Origin: Flavobacteriales bacterium
GTDB lineage: Bacteria; Bacteroidota; Bacteroidia; Flavobacteriales_F; PHOS-HE28
Reading direction: 5' to 3'
Assembly: GCA_016788485.1 (NCBI GenBank)
Contig: JAEUSV010000048.1
Span: forward strand, 13,956 to 77,955
Length of the DNA stretch: 64,000 nucleotides
Below the pieces are notes generated by a model that ran no database searches, had not been told where the DNA came from, and was given only the letters and a program-made list of their open reading frames with translations. Numbering within the stretch: position 1 is the first letter of the stretch; each line of letters begins with the position of its first letter. Positions 9,228 through 17,660 of this stretch are shown here, in pieces. The translations under genes were made by a program, and so were the position numbers.

Positions 9228-9290
9228 GGTGCGACCAAGATACTAAATAATGATGTAGTAAAATCAAGCGCGGCAGGTCACGAGCGCGCC
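9228..9290 (-). promoter_or_regulatory. putative promoter region of the pilin/secretion operon (AT-rich island)
   Basis: Minus-strand sequence upstream of the ATG reads ..GCGCTTGATTTTACTACATCATTATTTAGTATCTTGGTCGCACC-ATG. It is a conspicuous AT-rich patch in a high-GC genome, with a TTG and T-rich elements. There is no exact TAnnTTTG match. Confidence 0.3.
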
Positions 9291-9764
9291 TCCAGCCCTC
9301 ATTCACCTTGGGCTCAGGCGAGCAACAGGCTTTCGCAATGATCAAGTAGCGCCGACCCGGGCAGGCGCGGTACCGAACGCACCCTGGCGCCGTGCAAGGG
9401 GCCATCCGCGCAGTGCAACCACTGGGGCCGAATGCCGTTGGGCATGAAGGCGATGTCCAACGGCAAAGGCGTTATGTCGAACGACTCGCGCCCTACGACG
9501 TTCGTGCCGAAGGCTGTGATCCGGATAGTGGACGTCGAGCCGCTGGCCTTGGCCGTAATGTGCTGCTGCTTGGGCCCAAAGCCGAACGCCCCTGGCCCTT
9601 TGGGGTGTGGCCAAGCACCGGTGCCGCTGGGAGTTCTCCGCGGAAGCAAGGGCACCACGGCATGTTAGCTACCGATCCGTCGGCTCCGACCAGTGCACCG
9701 AAGGCCACCGCTTCGAGCTACCGGGCGGGAGCCATGGCAGGCCCCATGCCGCTCAACGGGCCGA

Positions 9765-12700
9765 TCAGTGCTCCACCACCACCCGCTGCGCACCCACCAC
9801 GGCGCCATCGCGCACCAAACGCACCGTGTAGACCCCGGCGCTCCAGCCCTGCGTGCGCAGAGGGATGGGCTGTGCGCTACCTGCCGGCAAGGCCCCTGTG
9901 GCCACCACCTGGCCCAGGGTGTTCTGCACTTGGTAGCGTGTGCCGCTCGCCCACGGGCCGCCCGGTGCCAAGGTCAGCAGGTCGCTGGCGGGGTTCGGGA
10001 ACACGATGAAGGTGTGGCCGTCGAGCTCGGCCATGCCGATGGTGCTGATCACTTCCACGAAGAGGGTGTCGTACGTGGTGCAGCCATTGTTATTGGTCAC
10101 ATACGCCCACAACGGATGTGTGCCTGGAGTGGTCCACTGGACCTGAACAACCTGGGTGTTCTGGCCGGAGACCACAATGCCCCCGATCAGGTCCCAGTGC
10201 ACGATGGGCTGGAGGGTCGAACTCACATAGGTCGCGATCGAATCCACATCGACGCTCAGGGGGCCGGCGAATGAGAAGGATGGGCTGGGCAATGCACCGA
10301 TCGTTACGCTATCCGATGTCAGGGAACAGCCTTGGCTGTTGCTGCCCACCACGGCGTAGTTCCCGGGGCCTGGTGCGTACCATTGGGTGCCTGTACTGCC
10401 ATCGGGCCACAGATAGAACTGGGCGCCAGTGGCGGTCAGGAGCACGCTATCCTCTTGGCATGCCTGGGTCGCCGTAGCGGTGATCGCGGGCAGTGCTCCC
10501 GGCCAAAAGTTCACCGCAAGGCTGCTCGGTGGCGACGTGCCGCAGGCATTGCGGCCCATCGCGATCACATTTCCGGCCTGTGTGCCGAAGTTCACGGTGA
10601 TCAGGGTGTCGCCCTGCTCCGATTGGATCGATGCTCCAAGTGGCAGTAACCACTGCACGTCCAGGTAGGCGGTATCGCTGTGCACCCAGAAGGTGAGGCC
10701 GCTATCGCCGGGACAGACCGTCGTTGGCCCGTTGATGGGAGAGGGTTGGACAGTGGGAGTGTTCGTGCAATCTTGGAATATTGCGCAGTAGCTGCCGTTC
10801 ACGGAATAGTTCAGCCCGGGGATTTCATTCTGCAAAGGCATAGGGCCTTGACACCAAGCGCCAACAGCAAAATTGGCGTCGCCATTTTTGTTGCTCGTGA
10901 TCTTTCCATTGGTATATGTCGATGGGGAGAGATATGTCGACCACTCCAGAACACCATGACTACTGAATTTGCCGATGATCGAGACCTCACTGGCGCCTGG
11001 TGATGAGTCAAAGGCACCTGGTGTAATTAGCTGTGGGGATCGCGGATTCTCAAAACTGAAGAAAAAGCCCCCATTTGCTGCTGGCGAAACATCGGGTTCC
11101 TGAAGAGGGTTCGAATTGCCCCAATAACTTGCCCACTGAAGGTCCGTTCCCGAAGTATCAATGGCGGCAATTACGACGGTTCGATTCTGAAAGCCTTGAT
11201 AGGTCCCCAAATTGGATTGAAAGCAATTGTTGGTCACTGGAAATTCACTGCACGTGGTCGTTCCTGAGAGATACACATTCCCATCGTTTATCGCCATGGC
11301 TCCGAATCCTTCGGACAGAGCAGAAGCCAGATCCTCTGCGCGACTTCCGAAGTAAGTCGCCCACGCTAACTGGGCGTTCGGCGTTACTTTGGCGACGAAG
11401 GAACGCCGTACATCTGTTGCATAGCTTCCGGTTGTGGCAAACCCTGGGTCTGGGGAAGAGAAGTCTGACCATCCGAGCACGTACACATTTCCAGCGCTGT
11501 CAGCCTCAACCCTGCCGATCCCCTCGTTATGAGCATCCGAGCCAATGAATGTGCACCATTCGACGGCGAAGATGGAATAGACATCAAGCTTTAGCAGGTA
11601 ATCGTCGTAAGTTCCAATTCCGTTATTTACCGGCCTCCACACACCTGGCGTTGTCGGAAATGAATTTACGCCATTGCGTGTAGCGCTTAAGTAGAAGTGG
11701 CCATTCATTGCCGTCGCTTCGTTTCGTTCAACCTGATCAAGGTCAATTCGCCTTCCACACAGTAACGTGCCGTCGGAAATGAAAAATGCCGCGAGCCATG
11801 TTTTTCCGAATGTTGGCGGAGAATTGTAGTCAACCTGACTTTGGCTACCTGCTGTTCCGCAGATCACCGCGGTCATCTGGTCATACAATTCCACTTCCAT
11901 AAAGTAATCCTGGCCGATCCCACCATAATAGGACATGAACAATACTGTAGAGTCTTTAATGCAGCCATAGATCCCATCATATAACCCCAAAACGATCGTT
12001 TGATACGCTCCTGAAGTGGCCAGATTCGGGGTGTCCGTTCCCCCGGCGAAATAGATGAATCCATCGCCGATGAGCTCAAAGTCTACCAGTAAGCCGTTAT
12101 CTGGCATGAAACTCCCCCACAACAAGGTCGGCACCGGGTCCAACACGATCGTGCTTCCGGCGGGGGCTTCTTCTGCGGTGCGTATCCCGTACTCGCCCGG
12201 TCCGAGCTCCACGAAGGCGCCTTGCAAGGTGCCGCTGGCTTCCGGGGTGCTCCAGGTGCACAGGGGGATGCGCTCCACCAAGGCGCCGAAGCGCGTACCG
12301 ATGCGCAGGCCTTCGGACGTAAGCTCCAGTGCGTCAGCGCCCTTCACCTGCAGGCGGATGTCCGCCATGCGGCCGCCAGGGTGGACCACGAAATTGTACT
12401 TGAAGCCCTCGGCGCCCTGGGCAATGAACTCAAGGTCGATGTGGGGGTAGACCTCGCGGTACAACAAGCGACCGTAGCTGTGCACGAAGGTGACGCCGCT
12501 GTCCGGCACACCGACCGTGTAGAAGTTGTAGTGCGTGGGGCTGCGCTCCAAGGCCTCGCGCACACATCCAGGGTCAGCGCCGACCAGGTCGAAGTCGATG
12601 CGGTGCCATTGGCTGGGCAGGGGCACGGTGTCGAATTCCACCTCACCGGTGCGTTCGTTGCGCTTTTGCTCGCGCTGTTCGCGGTGGTACAGGTCGTAGC

Positions 12701-12941
12701 TGAAGCCGGTGGCGCGCAGCTGCACGTTGTAGCCGGGGCCTTGCAGCAGGTACAGGGCGGCGGGGTTGGGCTGGTCGTATTGGTCGATCAGCTGGCCCTT
12801 GTTCTCCATGAATCCCTGTCCAGCGGTAGCGCCAAGCTCCAGCTCCTTTCCGGGGCCACCCGCTTCAGCATGCAAGGGAGCGGCACACAGGGTCAAGAGA
12901 AGGAGGAGGCTCGGCTTCATGGTGAGAAGGGATAGGCGCAC
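9765..12941 (-). CDS. secreted SBBP-type beta-propeller repeat protein with T9SS type A C-terminal sorting domain
   Basis: Signal peptide (..MKPSLLLLLTLCAAPLHA). Repeats such as ..DSAGNVYVLGWS.. and ..NDGNVYLSGTT.. The C-terminal ~80 aa ..FIVFPNPASDLLTL..GVYTVRLV..RVVVEH match the Por_Secre_tail pattern. Confidence 0.85.
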   Translation of the reverse strand: MRLSLLTMKPSLLLLLTLCAAPLHAEAGGPGKELELGATAGQGFMENKGQLIDQYDQPNPAALYLLQGPGYNVQLRATGFSYDLYHREQREQKRNERTGEVEFDTVPLPSQWHRIDFDLVGADPGCVREALERSPTHYNFYTVGVPDSGVTFVHSYGRLLYREVYPHIDLEFIAQGAEGFKYNFVVHPGGRMADIRLQVKGADALELTSEGLRIGTRFGALVERIPLCTWSTPEASGTLQGAFVELGPGEYGIRTAEEAPAGSTIVLDPVPTLLWGSFMPDNGLLVDFELIGDGFIYFAGGTDTPNLATSGAYQTIVLGLYDGIYGCIKDSTVLFMSYYGGIGQDYFMEVELYDQMTAVICGTAGSQSQVDYNSPPTFGKTWLAAFFISDGTLLCGRRIDLDQVERNEATAMNGHFYLSATRNGVNSFPTTPGVWRPVNNGIGTYDDYLLKLDVYSIFAVEWCTFIGSDAHNEGIGRVEADSAGNVYVLGWSDFSSPDPGFATTGSYATDVRRSFVAKVTPNAQLAWATYFGSRAEDLASALSEGFGAMAINDGNVYLSGTTTCSEFPVTNNCFQSNLGTYQGFQNRTVVIAAIDTSGTDLQWASYWGNSNPLQEPDVSPAANGGFFFSFENPRSPQLITPGAFDSSPGASEVSIIGKFSSHGVLEWSTYLSPSTYTNGKITSNKNGDANFAVGAWCQGPMPLQNEIPGLNYSVNGSYCAIFQDCTNTPTVQPSPINGPTTVCPGDSGLTFWVHSDTAYLDVQWLLPLGASIQSEQGDTLITVNFGTQAGNVIAMGRNACGTSPPSSLAVNFWPGALPAITATATQACQEDSVLLTATGAQFYLWPDGSTGTQWYAPGPGNYAVVGSNSQGCSLTSDSVTIGALPSPSFSFAGPLSVDVDSIATYVSSTLQPIVHWDLIGGIVVSGQNTQVVQVQWTTPGTHPLWAYVTNNNGCTTYDTLFVEVISTIGMAELDGHTFIVFPNPASDLLTLAPGGPWASGTRYQVQNTLGQVVATGALPAGSAQPIPLRTQGWSAGVYTVRLVRDGAVVGAQRVVVEH

Positions 12942-12967
12942 TTAAGATAGATAAAGCCACCGAGGCG

Positions 12968-14980
12968 CTAGGCTACCGGCAGGCTCAGTTTGGTGAATAG
13001 GGCTTGGTTACGGGCCTTGGAGTCGCGGATCAGCTTGTCGAAACTGATGATCTCGGTATACAGGTGGTAGTTCTCGTTGTAATGGAAGAAGCCGTCGTTA
13101 TCCGGCAACTGCCGATAGCCGGCGTCGCGTGCAAAGTCCCGAAGCTTGGGCGTAAGGTCGCACACGATGTAGGCGTAGATCGGGGTGTTCGCCCGTAGGT
13201 CCAGGGGGCGGTTATCCTTATCCACCGTGCTTGGTGTATTCAGTTCGCGGGCATAGCGGGTCACCTGGGCGATGGGGTTCTCCTTTTCGGAGTAGTCGTC
13301 CCGCAGCGGCTTCTTGAACTCCACCAGCACCACCGAATCGTAAGGCTTTTCCTTGCGCGAGAGGGCGAAGGCCGTGTTGAACACGATGAGATCGGGGCGG
13401 TCCTTGGAGTCGGAGCTCACCATGGCCTTCAGCTCCTTCATCGGCTTGTCCGACGCCAGGTAGGTGTGGAAGGCGAGGCGCTCGTCGATCAGCCACAGGT
13501 TATGATCCTCGAAGCCGATGTCGTCGCTGAAGGTCTTCAGCGGGAAGATGAGCTTGTGCACGGCCTCCTCACGCGCTGCAGCATTGCCGGCACCCTTGCC
13601 CAGGTGTTTCTCCAGCAGGTCGATCACCGTTCGGCGGTGCATCACGTACTCGGCCAGCTTGGAGCCCCCCACCTCGATGATCTTGTTGTAGAGCTCGCCC
13701 AGCTTCTCCTTCAAATGCTCCAGCTCATCTGGGCGGGAAAGCATGCCCATGGCTTTGTTGGCCTCGCTCATCACCTCCAGCTCAAGGCCCTGCTGGATCT
13801 TGAAGAGCTCCACCTCCATGCGCTCGTCGCTCAGGTTCGAAGGTACCCGGCGCACCTCCTCCGCCCGGTACTTGATCAGGTGGCGGTAGCGCGGATGCTT
13901 CACAACGAACTGCCGCACGCGCTGCATCCGCATGTCCGAAAGCTGGTGCAGGTGGTCGGCGAAATGGGCGCGGATCACCTCCACCACCTCGGCACGCACC
14001 TGGTCCAGGCTGATGGAATCGGTGTAGCGTAGTTCGTCCTCCTCGGCGCCCGAGCGCAGGTCAAGCCGTGTGCGCTCCTCGTTCACGCTCTCGTCCAGGT
14101 AAGGGCTGCTCACGTAGGCGGCAATGGAGAAGTACTGGCCGTGCTCGTCCTCGATCAAGCGGTCCAGGTCGGGTATGGCCAGGCTCAGCTTCTCGCGCTG
14201 CACCTCGCGGGTGTGGGCGCAATAGTGGATCTTGTTGTCCTCCCGTTCGTGGTAGAGCTTCACCACGCGCACGTCGAACGGTATGCCGTTGATCGGACGC
14301 TCTTCCTTCACCACGTGCCCTTTGGTGTACACCTGGAACAGGTCGTTCACCACGATGGTGCGGTCGCCGTCGATGATGCGGATGGTGGGGCAGGAGGGGT
14401 TGAGGAAGAAGACGAAGCAGTGCTCGATCACCTTCACGGCGATGTCCTCAGGGTCGTTGTTGCACCACTTGTGGTAGTCTTCGCGCAAGCCCTTCAAGCG
14501 AACGCTGGTGCGGCAGGGGCTGGTGCCGTCCAGCACCCGGTCGGTGGCATTCTCGATGCCTTTGCGGGAAGGGAGGAAGTCGAAGGTGCGGTGGCGAAGC
14601 TCCTGTTCCTGCCGGTACACGCTATCCACCTCCACTTTGGTGAAGGCCCGCAGCCAGGTGAAGCGGCCGATGCCCTTGCCACCGCGTTTCTCCTTGTAGG
14701 TGCTGTGGGCGTAGTTGAACGACTCGTAGTTCTTGGCGTTGAAGCCGATGCCGTTGTCCTCCACCGTGAAGTCGATGATGGGCGGCAGGGTGGCTTCGCC
14801 ATCCAGGGGCAGCTCGGGCTGGTTGAGCCGCCCAAGCGTAACAGTGATCAGGCCTTGATGCCCCGCACCAAGCTCCTCAATGGCATGGATGGAATTGACG
14901 AGGGCTTCGTACAGGGGCAGCAGCGTGTGGCTATAGGCCAGCTTCTTCTCCTTGATCTTGCCGCGGATGTCGATCTCCAT
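12968..14980 (-). CDS. GHKL (Bergerat-fold) ATPase fused to a C-terminal PD-(D/E)xK nuclease-like domain (Shedu/DUF4263-like); candidate defence protein
   Basis: N-terminal motifs: N-box YEALVNSIHA, G1 EDNGIGF, G2 RGGKGIGRF. C-terminal motifs: EEAVHKLIFPL .. RPDLIVFN .. VVLVEFKKP .. QVTRY (D..ExK order). 670 aa. GC is visibly lower (~55% by eye) than the surrounding high-GC genes. Confidence 0.8.
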   Translation of the reverse strand: MEIDIRGKIKEKKLAYSHTLLPLYEALVNSIHAIEELGAGHQGLITVTLGRLNQPELPLDGEATLPPIIDFTVEDNGIGFNAKNYESFNYAHSTYKEKRGGKGIGRFTWLRAFTKVEVDSVYRQEQELRHRTFDFLPSRKGIENATDRVLDGTSPCRTSVRLKGLREDYHKWCNNDPEDIAVKVIEHCFVFFLNPSCPTIRIIDGDRTIVVNDLFQVYTKGHVVKEERPINGIPFDVRVVKLYHEREDNKIHYCAHTREVQREKLSLAIPDLDRLIEDEHGQYFSIAAYVSSPYLDESVNEERTRLDLRSGAEEDELRYTDSISLDQVRAEVVEVIRAHFADHLHQLSDMRMQRVRQFVVKHPRYRHLIKYRAEEVRRVPSNLSDERMEVELFKIQQGLELEVMSEANKAMGMLSRPDELEHLKEKLGELYNKIIEVGGSKLAEYVMHRRTVIDLLEKHLGKGAGNAAAREEAVHKLIFPLKTFSDDIGFEDHNLWLIDERLAFHTYLASDKPMKELKAMVSSDSKDRPDLIVFNTAFALSRKEKPYDSVVLVEFKKPLRDDYSEKENPIAQVTRYARELNTPSTVDKDNRPLDLRANTPIYAYIVCDLTPKLRDFARDAGYRQLPDNDGFFHYNENYHLYTEIISFDKLIRDSKARNQALFTKLSLPVA

Positions 14981-15116
14981 GGTCTAGCAAGCTTGACGGA
15001 AGGGTCGCCAAGTTCGGTTGTCCAACATACGAACTGCTTGCGGGCGCTAGCCAGTGTGTTCGAACTGCGCGGGTGCAGGTGGGCAGCTAGAATGAGCGGT
15101 CACAGCCTGCGTGAGA

Positions 15117-15141
15117 AGCTAGCCGTGTTCCTCGGCTAGCT
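15117..15141 (-). terminator. possible terminator hairpin downstream of the delta-60 repeat gene
   Basis: Perfect 9-bp stem agctagccg / cggctagct with a 7-nt loop. On the minus strand it is followed by TTCTCAC, a weak U-tract. It lies ~140 nt after the stop at 15278. Confidence 0.3.
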
Positions 15142-15277
15142 GTGGCTCACAAGCGACCCCGCCTGTGCAGTGGGATCATGGGTGGGGCGGGGAGGGGCTG
15201 CGGTAGTTGGAGCACCAGGCCACCTGCGGATCCCACATGCCGCACCACTGGGAAAAGCGGAGCCCAGCAAGCGGCGA

Positions 15278-16870
15278 TCACTCCTGCCCCTTTACCACCG
15301 CACAGCTGCCGATCGGCCGGCCTTGCCGGTCGATCAGGCGCAGCACGTAGCAGCCCGGCTCCAGTGCCGCGGGGTAGGTGATCGGCAGGGTGCGGCCCAT
15401 GCCTTGGGCGGCTTGGATCCCTTGCACCTGCGCGACAAGCTTGCCCGTAACATCGTGGAAGGCGGCGCCAGAGATGGTCGTGCCGTCGGCGGGAAGCTCC
15501 ACGAAGGTGGCGCCACTGCTGCTGCCGCAGGCCAGACCGTTCCGCTGTGCATCAAGCTCCGCTATGCCCACAGCAGGTCCGTTCAACTGAAGCACATGCG
15601 CCACGGCCTGGGGGCTGGTCGAGCTGTTGTTCACCACGGTCATGATCTTTCCGTTGGGCAGCATGGTCAGGGCGTAGCTGCCGGGGAACATGAAATACGG
15701 CAGCAACAAACTGCCGCCGTTGCCGAAACCCGCGTCCAGTGCGCCCGTGGTGGTGTATCGGGTGAACATGGATTTGTAACCGGGTGATGCATCGTTCATG
15801 CCCCCGGAACCGATAAGCGTACCATCGGGCAGGGCCACCAACCTGTTCAGCCAGTGGAGCACGGGTGCGGCGTCGGGTACGATCGACCCATTGTTGCCGA
15901 AACCGGTCACGAGGTCGCCATTGTTGTCCAGCGCATAGAGCTTCACATGGTCCTGATCATCGATCTCGGTCACGATCAGCGTGCCATCGGGCCTGCGGGC
16001 TGCATTCCGGGTGTTGTTGTACATGTTCACCGCGTTCAAGGCCACGATGCCACTGGACCCATAGGCTGCGTTCACCTGCCCTGTAGGAAGCATGCCCAGC
16101 ACGAACACAGCGTTGTAGTTGCGGTTGCAGTTGATATGGTAGTTGCCATCGCTGGCCGGGTGGATGGACATGGCCCGCTCCGGTGTGCCCGGGAACATGT
16201 CGTGGGTGAGCATACCGTTGGTGCCGAAGGTGCTGTCGAGCGTGCCGTCCGCATTGAACCGCGCCACCAGCAACGACCCTGCGGTGGCGTCCTTCCACTC
16301 GCCCACACAGAGCACCTGGCCATTGCCAAGGATGGTCATGTCGTACAAATTGTCGTTGCCACCGGTATGGGCGATCGTGGTCATGCCTTGCGAACCGAAG
16401 GTGGCATCGGGCGTGCCATCGGCATTGAAGCGGTAAAGGGCCGCTACGCCGAGTTGGTTGCCGGTGATCATGTTGCCGCAGACCAGGAGCTTGCCATCCG
16501 GCAGCAGCTTGGTGCTTTGGGCGCGCATGCCCAAGGCGCCCGGTGACCAGCGCAGCATGCCACCCTGGCCGAAGGTGTTGTCCAGCGCGCCATTGGGGTC
16601 GAGCTTCATCAACAGCATGCGGCTGATGTTCTGGGCGTCCACCGCGATGGAGACCACCAGGGCATCACCGTCCGGCATGGGTACGATATCCGTGGCGGCC
16701 ACCCACCCTTCGGTCAGCGTGAACGTGGCCACCCCGCCCGTACCGAAGGTGGGATCCAAGGTGCCCGGCTGGCCCACCAGGCACAAGGGAAGCAATACGG
16801 CTAGAAGAGCGTGGAACGAGGCTTTCATCGTGGGGGAATTGACGGTAAAGTAGTGAGTTCGGGCTTTCAA
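15278..16870 (-). CDS. delta-60 repeat beta-propeller protein with probable T9SS C-terminal domain
   Basis: Motifs LDPTFGTGG, LDNTFGQGG, PDATFGSQG, LDSTFGTNG, VTGFGNNG and LDAGFGNGG recur every ~55-60 aa. Signal peptide MKASFHALLAVLLPLCLVG (alternative start 16828). The C-terminal beta-rich ~80 aa (..CYVLRLIDRQGRPIG..) are consistent with a T9SS CTD. Confidence 0.8.
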   Translation of the reverse strand: MKARTHYFTVNSPTMKASFHALLAVLLPLCLVGQPGTLDPTFGTGGVATFTLTEGWVAATDIVPMPDGDALVVSIAVDAQNISRMLLMKLDPNGALDNTFGQGGMLRWSPGALGMRAQSTKLLPDGKLLVCGNMITGNQLGVAALYRFNADGTPDATFGSQGMTTIAHTGGNDNLYDMTILGNGQVLCVGEWKDATAGSLLVARFNADGTLDSTFGTNGMLTHDMFPGTPERAMSIHPASDGNYHINCNRNYNAVFVLGMLPTGQVNAAYGSSGIVALNAVNMYNNTRNAARRPDGTLIVTEIDDQDHVKLYALDNNGDLVTGFGNNGSIVPDAAPVLHWLNRLVALPDGTLIGSGGMNDASPGYKSMFTRYTTTGALDAGFGNGGSLLLPYFMFPGSYALTMLPNGKIMTVVNNSSTSPQAVAHVLQLNGPAVGIAELDAQRNGLACGSSSGATFVELPADGTTISGAAFHDVTGKLVAQVQGIQAAQGMGRTLPITYPAALEPGCYVLRLIDRQGRPIGSCAVVKGQE

Positions 16871-17217
16871 GCGGAATTGACCCGTAAGGTGCTTGACAGG
16901 GTACCGCCTGCCGCGCCTTACCCGTCAGGTGGAACGCATCTTCCGAGCAGCAGATCGGTCGGAGTTGCTTGCGGTAACAGTGCAGTCGCAGTTCTCCGCC
17001 ATAGCCAAGACCTAAGCGTGAGCCTGCGCAGATGCGGACCCGAGCAGCTCTTGATGAGCAAGAAGGTCACAAGTCGCCCGCTTCCGCTCGCTCATGCCCA
17101 CCCACGCGGAAGACTTGCGACAAGGAGGGCACAACAGCTTCGACGCCAAGCCAACCCGGCCCTGGCCTGCACGCATTGCGGCTGAAGTGTGCAACCCAGG
17201 CCATACACTGCGGCCCA

Positions 17218-17332
17218 AGAGCCTGTTCGGGATCACTTGAATGATGGGCTCCGAGACCATTTTTTGGTCAGGCTCAGCCGAAAAATGGTCCCGCCGTACG
17301 GCGAGCATTTGAAGAGGTCCCGAACAGGCTCT
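17218..17332. repeat. 115-bp nested imperfect palindrome (non-coding)
   Basis: Outer perfect 15-bp inverted repeat agagcctgttcggga (17218-17232) / tcccgaacaggctct (17318-17332). Inner perfect 10-bp inverted repeat gaccattttt (17255-17264) / aaaaatggtc (17281-17290). Confidence 0.8.
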
Positions 17333-17368
17333 AGGCCCCTTTCACGCGGCGAACGGTGCGGTAGCCTT

Positions 17369-17660
17369 GTGCGATCTACCCTTCACCCAGCCATCTACAC
17401 CCAGCCCCACGAAGCCGGGCTAGGGCCAACCTGGCCCGTGACCCACCTGGCCAGCTCACCGTCCCTTACAAGGAACGCGTTGTGGCAGGGGTGTCTAGGA
17501 TTGTGCGGTGCGACCTACCCTTCACCCAGCCCTCTACACCCAGCCCCACGAACCCGGCCTTGGGCCAACCTGGCCCTTGATCCACCAGGCCGCCCACCGT
17601 CCCTTACAAGGAACGCGTTGCGGCAGGGGTGTCTGGGATTGTGCGGGGGATCTGTACACA
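17369..17660. repeat. tandem direct repeat, ~133-139 bp unit, 2 full copies plus a partial third (non-coding)
   Basis: Copy 1 from 17369 (gtgcgatctacccttcacccagcc..ggaacgcgttgtggcaggggtgtctaggatt). Copy 2 from 17508 (gtgcgacctacccttcacccagcc..ggaacgcgttgcggcaggggtgtctgggatt), ~90% identical by eye. A partial restart begins at 17641 (gtgcggggga tctgtacac). Confidence 0.85.

Noticed and set aside
9314-9658. 114-aa minus-strand ORF in the 537-bp pilin/SBBP intergenic region (..STSTIRITAFGTNVVGRESFDITPLPLDIAFMPNG..)
   Set aside because: Part of it looks protein-like and could be a gene remnant or a small protein. The N-terminal half is Pro/Gly/Arg junk, and there is no signal or motif. Overlapping alternative ORFs are equally long, so it cannot be supported without homology or expression data.
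17369-17660. Possible CRISPR array
   Set aside because: There are only ~2.2 directly abutting copies of a 133-139-bp unit, with no unique spacers between them. The unit is far longer than CRISPR repeats, and no cas genes are in the window.
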